From Neolecta irregularis DAH-3 (Eukaryota), in NCBI GenBank assembly GCA_001929475.1, contig LXFE01004217.1, forward strand, positions 1 through 64,000: 64,000 bases of DNA, written 5' to 3'. Shown here in pieces: positions 37,369 through 50,683 of this stretch. The first letter of the stretch is position 1. Every line of letters begins with the position of its first letter. The notes beneath the pieces are model-generated. The model searched no databases and was not told the origin of the DNA. It saw nothing but the letters and a program-made list of their open reading frames with translations. Made by a program: the position numbers and the translations under genes.

Positions 37369-39778
37369 CTACGGCAACGGGTTTTGCTCTTGGGATTGCA
37401 GCATTGAGGCATACAATGTATCTCCGTTTGACAATTGTTGATGAGTACCAGATTCCACGATTTGCCCACGATCCATGACTATAATAAGATCTAACTAATC
37501 AAACCCGAGACAGATAATAAGGACAAACCACTATCGAAAATCGTACGCAGACGGTGCGCTATGAATAGACTCGTTTGACGTGAGTTGTGTAATATTGTTT
37601 TCATACTAGCCAGGATCCTTCTCTCGGTCTTGGTATCCAATGCAGAAGTCTAGCAGTTCAGAAGATGCAACAAAAGACTTGTAATACTGCCTCATCGCAA
37701 GTGAGTATGGGCGCATCCTTGAGGATCACCCGAGCAACAGCCAGTCTTTGTTTTTCGCCGCCTCAGACAATCAGTTACATCAGAATTTGAGTGTATACCT
37801 GAGAGCATCGAACCCCTTTCACCAACCTTTGTATTATAACCTTCTGGAAAACTCATGATTGCGTCGTGAATCTGTGAAGCCCGAGCAGCAACAAAAACTT
37901 GTTCGTCTGAAGCCTGCAAATTGCCGTAACGAATATTATACAAAACGGTATCATTGAATAAGGTCGTGTCTTGGGGTATTATTCCAATATTCCGCCGCAG
38001 CGAGTCTAAAGTAACATGTCTGATGTCCTGACCATCTATCAATATACGTCCGCCCTGAATATCGTAAAATCGATACAGTAATTTAAGAATGGTCGACTTG
38101 CTACAATATCAGAAATGGAACAATGTTGAGTGTACCCGCATCCACTTGGGCCAACCACGGCAACCTTCTGCCCCGCCAGTATTGTGAAGCTCACATTATC
38201 GAGCACTACTTTGTCGGGATGGTACCAAAAACGTACGTCCTCAAATTTGATCTCACCGCCTCTAAGTTGTAATGGTTTCGCATTTGGAGATTCCTGCAAG
38301 TGTTGGCACTGACTGCAGTATTTAATGGCACCTTAATGCTTGCATTCAGCCGCTGCAGACTGAAAAGCGTATTCATATCGACCAAAGATTGACGTAATTC
38401 ACGATAAACAGAACCCAAGAAATTAAGAGGAAGAGAAAGCTGAAACACGAGCTGATTAATCATGACCAGTTCTCCAACAGTCAAACCGCCAGCAATGATA
38501 CCCTGTGCAGCAAAATACATCATAGCTGTCAAGCTCGCAGAGAAGATAAAATTTTGACCAATGTTCAAGTATGTGAGCGACGAGGCTACTTTCAAAGAAG
38601 CGCTTTCGTACTCCTTGAGGAAAGCATCGTACTTGTTAATCTGAAATTGTTCGTTATTGAAATGCTACAATTAGAATAGGCACAAATATAGATCTACCTT
38701 GACTGCTTCGAAATTAAGTAACGAGTCAACAGCTATTGTAGCAGCTCTATTTTCTGCAGCGTTGGCTTGGCGACGGAATTTGGTTCTACATCAGTTGGGA
38801 GGAAGGTGGTAAAATTTCGTACCTCCACGACGTGGTGCGAACTGTAAAGATCGCATATGCGACCATTGTGGCTACTGTAACTCCGGCGAACTGGGCACCA
38901 AAATTGTATGTCTTCAAGGTTACAATGATCAATAAATTCGGGTTCACCAAAATTCCACAAACCATGGCAATTTCTAGAGCAGTAGGCATAATATGAAGCA
39001 CCATCGAGGTGAGAACAAAACTAATGCCTTTTGTCCCACGGTCAATCGCTCTGCTGAGACCGCCTGTTTCCCGAGATAAATGAAAGTTGAGATCAAGGTG
39101 AAGAAGATGATCAAAAATGTTTCGTGCCACCCGTCTAATTGCGCCTTGGGCAACGCTAGCGAAAACAGCGTTTCGAAGCTCTTGAAATGCAGTGGATCCT
39201 ATCCGAGCCAGGCCATCTATTATATGAGACAAATGACTGAATTAAGACGTACATCCCACAATTGCAGCCCCGGCAACTGTCCATACCGTCCCAGTAGAAG
39301 ACAGAAATTCGATATTTAGCGAATCGACAATGTCTTTGAAATAGAACGGAACCCTTACATTCAGTAACTCTCAGTGTTAGAGTGAATGTAATTGGGCTAG
39401 AAGATGTACTTTTCCACCTACTAAGAGACCCAATGCAAGCACAACGCGACCTTTGACGCCATAGTCGCCCTTCAGGTCAAAATTTGGACTGCGTTTGGTT
39501 ACCTTTGGCCAAAGATATTTTGCCATATCGCGTAGTATTTGAATATCTGCTTTCCTCTGTTCGGAATTTGACAGTAGAGACTGATCCAAAGGCGAGAGTG
39601 CTGATTTTTTAACATTGACTTTGGGGGGATTTGATTGAATATTCGAGGAAGAATGTCTTTTGGGTAATTGATGGAATGAATGAGATAAAAAGCAAGGGTA
39701 GATGCGGTGTAGTGATCTTTGAATACCTCTTCTTTGTGAGATGTGAAGACGATGAAATGATGGAAGCCTGGATGACAT
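37369..39778 (-). CDS. ATM1: Mitochondrial ABC transporter Atm1 (Fe-S export)
   Basis: Presequence, [44 protein letters not shown] and DEATSALD. Confidence 0.94.
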
Positions 39779-39986
39779 GCGGCTGGCCGAGCGGAAAGTG
39801 AATCCAGGGATGATCTGATAATTTCCTGTTTGACGCCATCAGTACTCCCTTGAAACAGATATACACAATAATATGTTTCAAAATACTCTGGAAAAGCCGG
39901 GTTTGTGGGTCGAGAATTTGAAGAGAAGTGATCTCCCTTGGTAACATTAATGTGGGATAGTATGTACAATTGTACAAATTTCCCCG

Positions 39987-41283
39987 ATGCAGCGGTCGCC
40001 TAATAATGTTTTCAGGATAACCAATTCCATCCGCCTTTCACGGCGCCTGCTGGCGACAAGAACGGAACCTGGACCAGCAAAACTGGTTGGAAATTCATCT
40101 GGCCCAGTCCTTTCCGTTCCATTGGGTCCTTGTCAGTCTCTGTATACTCGCAAAGGCTCATTGATTGGAATCAGAGGGGTATCTGAAAAAGTTTCCCTTG
40201 CTCGCTTGACACTTTTACTAATATACCAGATTCAACTCAAACTTTTCTTTTTGCTTCAAAATCCGTTTCATGGACTGTTGCGAACTACGTTGGGTGTTCC
40301 TTTTGCTTATACAAAGGCACTCTGCATTTTACCTTTCGATCTAACTGGAATTAGCTTGTCAATTCAAGCTCTACAGATCATGTGGCTGCGTTGATCGTTC
40401 CATTGTCTGGTCACCTTGGCCTTTACGTTCTCAGATTAGACGGGACAAAAGATTATATTATTTCGCAGCGTAATGCTCTACTATCGTGGTCATCCCCAGA
40501 AAATTCACTCTCAATTAGACCAAAACTAAATACTGGGCAGGTATATGAAATATCTGTTACGGGCTGATTGATAGGGCCTGTCAAATTATGGTTATACGGG
40601 GATTACAGGTCGTGGAGAGGTGTGTCTCTCTGGGTTTGGCGACATCATCAAGCGGGAACTCGAGGATGGCGAGGAAGAAATACTTTCTAGCAGGTGGCGA
40701 GTTCATTTGAGAACATGAGCTCATGAAATAGACACGTTGTTGCGTACACCGTCTCTCGAATAGCACCCGTACCGGTTAGATTAGACGATATTCCCCGAGC
40801 TTCATGGTTTGTGATTATTCGTACGTGGCTGCTGCGATGGGAGTTTTTCCGGGTAATGGCGGCTACGGAGACGATTAGATGGATCTCGCGTGTGCGGGAT
40901 AAATTTCAGGCTAGTGCGGAAAAAGTGATATGGGGAGACAGGGTGCGTACTGCAGAATACTATTTCCTGACGGTGAGTAGCATTTCACACGGTTTGTAGG
41001 ACCAGCTACGCTGCTTGTGCAGACTCGCAGCTCACGTCCTCGCTCGTACGTTGACTCGCCCTACATAGCTCCAGCTGCGAGTCCCAAGCCAACCCCTTCC
41101 ATCGCAGATCAAGTCCCCGCACAACACAGCGAGCCAGGTGTATTGGATACAACTGTGGCAGAAGCCGCTACCATATCACAAGCAGGTCTCTGGGACCCAT
41201 CTACGCTAAAACTCGCCACCGTATCGCAAGGCAAGGCGCGAATAAGCGAGGCACAGAAGACTGATGACCTTGTCATGCGGTAG
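39987..41283 (+). CDS. AIM24: Mitochondrial Aim24-family protein
   Basis: LSVPL...LYTRKGSLI, PFAYTK, LRLDGTKDYIISQRNALLSW, IWGDR and LLVQTR. Confidence 0.78.
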
Positions 41284-41322
41284 TCTCGCAAGACCATAAG
41301 AAAATGTGTTATAGTATCTTGT

Positions 41323-42514
41323 TTATAACTGTTTTGGTAGAGATAACCCTGCGTAATTATGCCAAAGTTGCATCAACAGTTGAGCTACTTTACCCGGCTC
41401 GTCCTCGTGTACAAAATGTCCAGCTTCCGGTAAAATACTCAACTGAAATTTTCCTAACAACAAGAAGTCGATTCTAAAATTTCGGGGGATACCTTGCATT
41501 TGTCCAATGAGTAAAGTCTTGTCTAATCTGTCTGTTCCAGCTAGTATCAAAAGCTTTCCACACGTCATCGAAAGAAATTTTAATGAAAGATCGTGAAACC
41601 ATTCTGATGAGAAATATGTTAAAAGGGGGATATCATCAAGAAATACCCTCCCAAAATGGTTGGGTTTGCACTACATCGACTCTCCATCTCCAGTTACTTT
41701 CATCGGGGTATAAAAGAGGCGGCACTGAAACCTGCGCAGACTCTGGGTTACGCAATGTGCGCGATTTTATGCTTGAAATGAGTACTTGATTTTTAATAGG
41801 AATACTGCCAGCCAATCGCGCGTTCTAGAGAATCGAATTGTGATGGGCGGTTTGCAAGGTATACAGACATTTTTCCAAGAGCGTCAATAGCAGAGCCTTG
41901 AGTTGAATATACAAAAGAGTCAGTGTTATACCTTCAACCACATCCAAGACAGCTACCGCGAGAATTGAGGGTAATTTATTAGATATTGCGACGTGAGTTA
42001 CAACGGCTCCTCCCATGCTGACAGTCACTAATCAGAAATAAGGTGACACTTTCCTGTGCCCTACGAGTACAAGATTAGGTAGTCTCTCCCAATTTTGTGC
42101 AAGTTGAATGTTTTTCACTAAATCAACTAAATCCGATGCTAAGATTTCGAGGCCGAGGTCCAAGGGTTGAGCGGTAAGAAGTGTAGATTCGCCGTGACCT
42201 CGCGCATCGAACGCGATGATTCCAGCGTTTTGACTTTCCAGTTCACGAGCCAAGATCGCAAAAGAGGCAGCTGAAGACCCAGCTCCATGGTGACAAACAA
42301 ACACGACATCGGGAATTGGCTCTGGAAGAGTAGAGTATACTTGAAGTGACACAGACGACGACGTCTGAATCCTACATTGGTCTCGAAAATATTTATCCAA
42401 TGACATAGGGTTTCTGGTAGATTGTTCCCCGTTGGTTGGTTTAATACCACCATCTCCACATTCATTCAGGTGTGGTAACGATGTCTGGAATAATTTGCGG
42501 TGGAGGTCAGACAT
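41323..42514 (-). CDS. PPE1: PP2A methylesterase PME-1
   Basis: HHGAGSSA, DARGHG, GH(S)MGGA, LDVVEG, LAGTDRLDK, IGQMQGKFQ and GHFVHED. Confidence 0.92.
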
Positions 42515-42555
42515 GGGGCATGAACATGAATTGATAAAGACAGAAATGTTGATAT

Positions 42556-44054
42556 TTATTCGCACCTACTCTGAATAAAATTACACAAATCGCGACATTT
42601 TTCCAGAATTTTCTTTTCATTTCTTAATACGGTGAAAGCGATGCGTTTATTGTAGTCGAGTGTGAATGAGGCATTGACGAGTAAATAGTCGTAGTCATGC
42701 CAAGTTAACGAGGTATCGAGATACCGCGACCCGCGATCATCCAGACATTTCAACAACTTTTTAAAAGCAGAATGTAAAATGGGTCGACAAAGAGGAGGGA
42801 CTGTAGATGAACGTATATCGAGGTAAATTTGTATAAAAGATCGCATTGTCTTGGTTAGAGGTGTATAATCTGTGCCTGAGCAAGAATACTCGACTGTGGA
42901 TAAAAAAAGTAAACAAACGAGTTCAAAGCTCGGCTCTCCATTGAATTTAATGTTCAATCGATCGTTTAAAGGGAATTCTTGTGTATTTGTTGGGAGAAGA
43001 GAAGGGAAATCTTTAACGACGGCAGTTATTATATTATTTCCATGTCGAGTCCAGAGTGATTTGCGATCACCGTTAATCTGGGAAAATATATCTGCGGGGA
43101 GAATGGAGACTGTATCGTGTGGATTATCTGGTATTGCGAAACCGTACCGTGAGACGAGAACATCGTTGCCGAGATCACCGTACGTGTTGAGAATCTCTGA
43201 ATGCGGTTCTACACGAGTAACGACCACCATTTCACAAGGGTCGTCTAAATCTGTGTCGTCATTGATACAAGGGTCGTCCGAACCATGTTTCTTGTCATTG
43301 CAATGACAGCTCAACCTACCACACTCTCCACAAACATCAAAACAGGTAACAAAATGGACAGTCTCCTCAAAACACGTATGATTCAATCTACAAATCAAAA
43401 AGCACCAGAAGGGGAATCTTTACAGATCGGCAAAGGGAACCAAAGCCAAAGGTCTATACTCGTCGATTTCAAAGCATCTCGAATAAACAACCGACATACA
43501 CTTGATAAAAAAAGTATAATTGAACAGTGCGGTATTTGAAAAGAGACGACAAGAATTAAAGACCGGCTGTATAAATTTTTCCCAAGTTTTCAAAAGGTCA
43601 GTCTAGACATTAAACAACGACAACGGAAGCGGGAAACCTCGTCGAGACCTCTGATTGCAGCTACCTCAGTCCCTTTCAACAATTCCTTTTCTTGATCCCT
43701 CCAAAGTCGAGGAATTCGTTCAAAGTCAGGCAGCACATCAACATACTCGGACCAAAATGATTCCCGTCCTCTAGCTTTCTCATACATAAACGTCAAACAA
43801 AGCCTCACAATCTCCTTTTTAATTTTAAAAGAATCGAGTAAGTAGGCGATATCTGAATTCCTAGGACACAAAACGAGGGATTTAGGTATTTTTAGAATTA
43901 TTTGGTTTAATTCCGGGGGAGTAACGGTTGCGTATACTGAGATTCGTTTATTATTTTCATCATCTTGAACGAGCTTTATTTGGGGATGGATGAAGATTTT
44001 GTTTCTTTGTAGCCAGGAAATGAATTTTGAAAGGGTTGAATCGTGATCGTTCAT
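42556..44054 (-). CDS. SET-domain non-histone lysine methyltransferase (Rkm3/SETD6-like)
   Basis: LKIPKSLVL, SFWSEYV, LKGTE, NH, VHF...DVCGEC, NTYGDLGNDVLVSRYGF and NPHD. Confidence 0.8.
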
Positions 44055-44344
44055 GAATGAGGTTATCTATAATTATATAGCAAGATCCAATCAATCACCT
44101 TTACTTTTAGTGGAAAAACAAAAAATTGAATAAAGTGCGATTTTTGATATCCTTTCAAAAATCTCATGTACGAAGTTATAAAGATAAACCAGTCAAATCA
44201 AAGGATTCAACGATTTTTTCAAGAGTCTAGGAACCGCCAGATAATCTATCTAATTCATAGTTAGGTATATATAAATTCTAGGGTATAAATCCATTAATTA
44301 AAAGACATAAAAGAAATCCTACGGTACTCCAAAAATAAATCCAA

Positions 44345-45790
44345 TTAGTCCTTGTTCAATTGATTTGTATGTAAATCACGCACCACTGATTCTCCCTAAC
44401 TGTTAGTGTAAAATTTCAAAGAGGGAAAGTCCGACTTCAGGAGATAATGTGGGTTTTCCATCGAGGATGGGTAGGGAAAAGTATCGTGGGACCCAAGATT
44501 CATTATTCATTTTCCTTTGAGTTGCTTGTTGTCGCTGATGTTCCTCGACTAGATTTTTCATTTTAGTGGCGTGAGAGTATTGTGCCTTTTGTAGCGCTTC
44601 AGTGACATGTTGCCAGACGCGTTGGGATTCATGTGGTAGTTGTTTCTCAAGCGGAGGGATTATTTTTGGGGCAGCGGTTAGGTCTGTTAGATCTATGAGG
44701 ACGTGAGAGTCTGTTGAGTCTGTGAGAGTATATTTTATTTTGGAGCGCCAAGAGCCGTGGATGTGTGCGAGGATTTTGTCTGCGGGGACGTTTTTCAACT
44801 TGTGGATGTCATCGTTTGATGGATCGTATTCAAAAACGAGGCCTTGGACTTGGAATTTTGGTTTTCCGATCCATTTTTCCTCGAGGTAGGAGATTATCGT
44901 TTTGACTTTTGTAGCAGGACAAGATATTGTTGCAGAGCCCTCAATTAGGGTTATTAGGATCTTTGTGAAGGTTTGTACTCACCTCGACTGTGATATAGGG
45001 GGCGCCTCTAAGGAAGCCTGAGACGGTTGCAGTGGGGTGAGTATAATTGTAGACTTCGTTGTCTCTGCATGAGATGAAGATGCCAAGGTTGTGTTGGCCA
45101 GGGCTGATTTTGAGAGCCGCTCCGGTGAAGCGGGCCGAGATCTGGTCCATGCCGCAAGCGGTGATATTTTTTTGTGGACAATGGATGACAAAAGCGGATA
45201 CTGGGGGATGGTGGCATGTTTGTTCTGTGATCTGGGATGAGCTAGGGTACAAGAGTCACTGTACATAAGAGATGCGTATAGGGGGTATGCCGCTTTCTGA
45301 GGGCATGGTGCTCTTGGTGGTTACGGTGCTTTCCGAGGCAGTCGTTGTTTCTGATGAAGCGAGAGTGCTGGAAGAGTGGTGGGGAGGGAGCGAGGAGTTG
45401 TGGGGCACGTCCCAGTGGCAGCGGAAGAACTCTCCGAGGACGGAGTTGTAGGGCTTGCATACCTTGCCGAAGAACTTTATATCTTTTGTGAAGGACCAGC
45501 GGACACAGGCGAGCATGCGGAGGAAGGGCGAGGGCGGGTCGGGGATGGCCGCGAAGTAGTCTGGGCAGTCGAGATAGCCCCAGTACTCGAGGTTTGGGAT
45601 GGCTGTGGTGAGCGAGGCTTTAGGGAAGAGGATACGCTCTAGCAGGTGCGCGGGGAGGGAGAACCGGACGGTGGCAATGTCCTGCAGTCAGCCGGGCGGC
45701 AGAGGGCAGCGGCACCTTTACGCCTGAGAAGCGAGAAAGGATGGAGAGGGCGGTGACCCACTTTGAGTCTGGGGCGGGCGGGGGCGGCAT
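44345..45790 (-). CDS. Oxysterol-binding protein (short ORP/Osh family)
   Basis: RFSLPAHLLE, KPYNSVLGEFF, EQTCHHPPVSA, and KNLVEEHQR...WVPRYF. Confidence 0.9.
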
Positions 45791-45899
45791 GGCAGAGAAT
45801 GTAGTGGGTGGGCTGGTCCGCGGAGTGTGTGGGTGTGTGGGGCGGGCGCTCTGGCGGTACCCTGATATGCATATCCGCTCTCTCGATATATATATGCCC

Positions 45900-46280
45900 T
45901 GGACTGCCTCTCGCCCAGTGTTTACCCGGTGTTTACCCACTCCCGTCTCCATCTCCGTCTCCCTCTCCTCTCCGTCTCCGTCTCCATCTCCTCGCCATCT
46001 CCTCGCCATCTCCTCCCTCTAATACTCCCTGCTAATGCGCCTGCCTAATACCTCCCTCATACTCCCCCTCCCCTGGTACTCCCTCCTCCCCCCAATACTC
46101 CGCCCTCCCCGCCCGTCATCCTCCATATGTATACTGCAATGTATGCCGCACACCTCCCCGCACTAGCGTCCCCTTCAGGCTAGCCGGCTGTGCACGGAAC
46201 AATGCTGCTCTCAACTCGCCGCTCTTCCTTCTCTCTCCTCTCGCTTTTCCTCTTCCCTGCCCTCCCCCCGCCGCTCCGCC
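45900..46280. repeat. C/T-rich low-complexity divergent promoter with short degenerate repeats
   Basis: GTGTTTACCC twice (45918-45938), CTCCRT-type runs, repeated AATAC(T)CCC units and strong pyrimidine skew. Confidence 0.7.
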
Positions 46281-46284
46281 CTCA

Positions 46285-48694
46285 ATGTACCACAGCCGGT
46301 ATCCCCCTTCTCCTCCCCCGCTAATCTCCCCTGACAAAACAACAACCACCGCCCCTCAGACGATATGGTCTCAAAGTTCAAGGAATCCTTCCCAAACGTG
46401 CCCTCCCCTCTCTGTTCTCCTAACCCTAGCTCTCCTATCCAAACACTCACGACTTTCCCCAATCCATACAAGCACGGTGCCCCTACCCCGCTCACCACTC
46501 CCTGCCAACCCTCTCCAGCTACGAAGACGTCGATGCTACTCCCCAGGCGGCTCCCTCAGCTACCTTCCAATTCTCCCCCTCCATGCTCGATCCAACCTCA
46601 AACGCCTTTGCTGACTTTGCTGCCGAGACCCCAGAATTCCACCACCGCGTCATGAACGACTTTACCACTGTAAACATGGGCCCCCACTACGATCGCCCAG
46701 ATCTGCAAATGTACAGCTCCTACAGCATCCTGCCCCTCGCCCCCCGCTACCAGCACATACACCCCCCACTCCTACCCCTAGATTACTCCTCCGCAAAACT
46801 CCACGAGACCCTCTCAAACACCCACCTCAAAGACAAACCAGACTCGGAAATGCACGATGGAGACAGCCCAGACGCAAAAAGCGACAGAGACCAAAAGAGC
46901 CGCGTGTCTCCTACCGCAGACACCCAGCAGTACCCCTGCCGGCTCTCCAAATTGCTGATGAACCAGCTTTCGCTTCCTCACTACCCTCCATGCGCAAACT
47001 GCAATGACAAAATACGCAGACGAAGCCCCAGTCACCTATCTAAACAAGGGCCAGTCCTACACTGTCTCCGTCCTTGATACCACAGCCCCAGACCTCGACG
47101 ACCCCCCAGGTCGCTATCGCTCTTGCGTAAGAATCACATTTAACGATCCTGAACAACGCCAACATGCCTCAAAGTGTTGGGAATACTGGAAGGAAAACCG
47201 GCTTCAGCATCATGACAGCAAGGATGACAACCGCCGTGCCATTTCTATTGGTCAATCTCCCCGCGATAACACCCCATTGATCCCTAGATATGGCTGAAAC
47301 CCGTAAAGTCCTAATCAACAGCAAATCAGCTTCAGATCCCGAGATTTCCATGCCCGAACTCATCGATAGACTATCCTCTTTTGATACCTTTGCCTTTCTC
47401 TGGTCCCCGCCCCCATCAGTCGCAGAATACAAGTTTTGCATGAGATTCAATTTCCTGTCTACAGACTTTTCAAGAAACAAAGGCGTCAAAGGCTGTGCCC
47501 TCCGTCTAAACGTCCGCACAGACCCCACAAATGCAAGTCACCAAGGAGAAATGTCGTACTGCAAAATTCAGCTCTTTCGAGATAAAGGCGCGGAGCGAAA
47601 AATTACAAACGATTCAGAGCATCTCCGTCGGACCATTGACAAACTCCGCCAACAAGCACAGCAAGCCCGCCAGCAACAAAACGACGATTTAAACTTGTCG
47701 GGGGGAGACTCTGGAAAGAAGAAAAAGCATACCTCTTCCACCCCGAAATCCCCCACAATCAAACCCACAAAACGAGAAAGAGCCTTGTCCTCGGCTTCCC
47801 AAACTGCCAGACCTTCAGACGATGACATCAACCGCAAACTCGACAAAGCAATGGCAATGGAAGTAATGTTTGCATCCTCCCGACGAACAAGTGTTCTCGA
47901 TCTTTGGTCTGCAAAAGAGGACGATCCATATCTCCATCCAATGACCGTCCAACAACCGCCAACATCCTGCGATCCATTCGATCTACGAATAGTAACAAAC
48001 ATAAACAGACGAGTAAGCGATGGAAACCAATCAATGGGCGACTTTGCATTTTCCTCGCCATCAGATAGCGTCACTTCGTACAGCGATCATCTCGGCTTTG
48101 ATGCGGCAAGTAACTGGGATGACCCCGTAAATCGACCCCGGTCCGCCGCCGGTGACATCTACCGAAGAGCAAGTATCAACATGGTCCTTCCCAAAAGGCT
48201 TGAATCCACCGATCGATCGGGAAATAAAAAATGGCTTGAAGTCCTCGGAAGTGATCCCAACTATATCTCCATTGCCAGATCAATAAAACCAGGTGTCTTT
48301 ACTTTTTATTTCTTATTAATTATTAGCTTTATGCGTGTTCATTTTGCCACAGCAGTCACTTTTGCAAGCAATGTACCATGATGCTGAACTATGGGATATG
48401 ATTAGTCAATTTACAACGGGATACCATCACGCTGTCTACATACCCGCTCGTAACCAACTTTCTTTTAAATCCGCTATTTCACGTAAATTCGGTCTTAAAT
48501 TAGAAAGTATCGCTCGCGTCACACGGTTCACTGAACGTGGTTTACGAATCACTGTCGACGACGATGTCATTGCGGATTTAAATGATGGTCAAGATATGGA
48601 ATTACAAGTCGAACGATTCCTTGACGATGATGCCGTTCATGTCAAAATGGAAGGAGACGATCTACAAAGATGGGAACTCATTGTGAAATTTTGA
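46285..48694 (+). CDS. Grainyhead/CP2 (LSF)-family transcription factor
   Basis: APTAMTK...PVTYLNKGQSY, FNFLSTDFSRNKGVKG, YCKIQLFRDKGAERKITND, and a C-terminal ubiquitin-like VDDDV...GQDM. Upstream exons reconstruct cleanly to ATG 46365; the start at 46285 is uncertain. Confidence 0.9.
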
Positions 48695-48815
48695 ATTACA
48701 CATCATCATCATCATCCACAAAGTGTTTATTGAAAGACAACTGTTTTGTCCTGTTTTTTGGTTGTTGTTTATATACTCATTTGGTACAAATAACGAGTTT
48801 ATCTTTCGACATTCA

Positions 48816-50296
48816 TCAATCTGTCCTATTTGAAAGTGATTGAATGACGGAATTTGCTTGGAGAGAATCTACGTGGATATATTTCGTTCGTTCAATTACT
48901 TGTTGACATATCGAATTACTCGTATGTTTCATAATCAAGGTTCCCTATCCAATTACTCTCTAGATACGAAAAGGAGGGGGATACCTCTTTGTAGTCTATT
49001 TTCCCATCTAATCGAGCATCTCTAATTAAATCGACGACAAATCGTTCTCCTTCCTCCTCCGGAAGACTAATCTTGTTCGCAAGATCACTACCCATTAACT
49101 TGTCTTCCCAGCCGTTTTATACCGTATGTTGATTCTCTGGTGAATCCTACAATATGCTTCCGAGATTAAGAATCTGCAATTGACAATAAAAGGTTCAGCA
49201 AGCGCTACCAGAAAAAAATCATTCGAAAGCACAAATTTAGCTTCTCCCAACAAAAACTGTGCCTGCTCAAAGTCGAAGCGGATATACAAAGCATGCATAA
49301 ATTCCGTTACCGGATCCGAATATTCGTATCGTTCTTGATCGATGATTTTAGCTACTTCTTTTATTCTTTTGTTATTTTGAATTGTATTTTTGCCTTGTTT
49401 TCGTGAGACGATTACTGAGACTACGAGGTAGCGTAGGAGCCATGGACAGGCTGTTTGTATTGTATTCAAGTATGCTGGTTGGAAAAATACTTCGCAGAGG
49501 GCTTCGCGGCCTGATTCGTGGTTGAAAAAGGGGAATAACGACCAATGCAGAATCCACGTTCGATGATGAAGTTGAGCTACTGGAGACGAGAATGTCTAAT
49601 TTTAGTATGCGAGGAAATTCAGATGTACCTTAGAATCAAGGATTTCACGCAATTTGACGAGTTCTTCAAGCGTCTCATCCCAATTCGTTTGCAATATCTC
49701 TGAAGCAAAGACTCCCCATGTAGCTGAAGTCACGAGATCCGAATCAGTAGACTTGAATTAGATGTAATATGAAAAGGAGATACAAGTATTCGAAAATGGT
49801 AGAGTAAATCAGCTGCTCTGGTATAATCTCCACAGTCATACTGGAATCGACCAGATTGGTATAATACATTAATCATATCGACAGTAATCTGTCTGGTGTT
49901 AGTATAAACCAGATTTCGGGGTACATCATGTTTTTCACGCAAGTATTGGAGGTTTTGTGCTTTATCTTGGCGCAAGGCAGCTTTAACTTCGGGATCTTCC
50001 AATACACGCAAGACTTTCTCGCCTTCTTGTTCAAATCGACTCATTTGGTCTAAAACAAGTTGTCGTTTCTCCGCGTATTCAGAGGGAATATCATCGTCAG
50101 ATGCGTCGGGATGGAGTTGTTTCCATAGAGTTGAAACGTAGTCTGTCATATTGGTAGGTGCCAACAAAGCGAATTTGGCCTGTAGCATTTCGTGGTCAGT
50201 GTAGATTCCATTGACTTGGAGAAACTCGAGTAGTGGAAAGACGAGATGGCGGTCTAGAAAGGGTGTGATTTTCGGAGTAAGATCGTGGGCGGGCAT
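48816..50296 (-). CDS. int6: Translation initiation factor eIF3 subunit e (Int6)
   Basis: LDRHLVFPLLEF, TNMTDY, NTIQTACPWLLRYL, YSDPVTEF and YCRIHQRI. Confidence 0.94.
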
Positions 50297-50367
50297 GGTT
50301 AAGAATTTGAGACTTGAATTTTTACGTGTGGTAGACCCACTCCCATACTACTTTTCACATCCATTCA

Positions 50368-50683
50368 ATGTCGGCGCTACCGTTTTATGTGTCGCGGACG
50401 CGGTCACAGCGGCTGCCTGTGTATACGGATATAAAATGCGGAGGCAGTAAGCGGCTGCTGCTGGTTCGCCGAGTCACTGGAAATGCTTCAGTATTTATTT
50501 CTATCTTATTGCACCGCTGTTTTACTGATCCTGCAGGTGCTCGCATCCCGCATCGCGGTCTATCTGCGCATCCCACGCGAGGACGTTGCGGTTAATTCGC
50601 TCACCAATCACATTGTCATCAAACAGTCATCCGCCGTGTCAATGCTGCAGCTGCGCACTTTTCTCAAAGACCTGGGGTTCTAG
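50368..50683 (+). CDS. IMG2: Mitochondrial ribosomal protein mL49/Img2
   Basis: FYVSRTRSQRLPVYTD...VRRVTG...HIVIK...FLKDLGF*, with one intron. Confidence 0.85.

Noticed and set aside
45620-46500. Several short ORFs in the C/T-rich region
   Set aside because: Low-complexity, stop-poor sequence; only the OSBP and CP2 exons have support.
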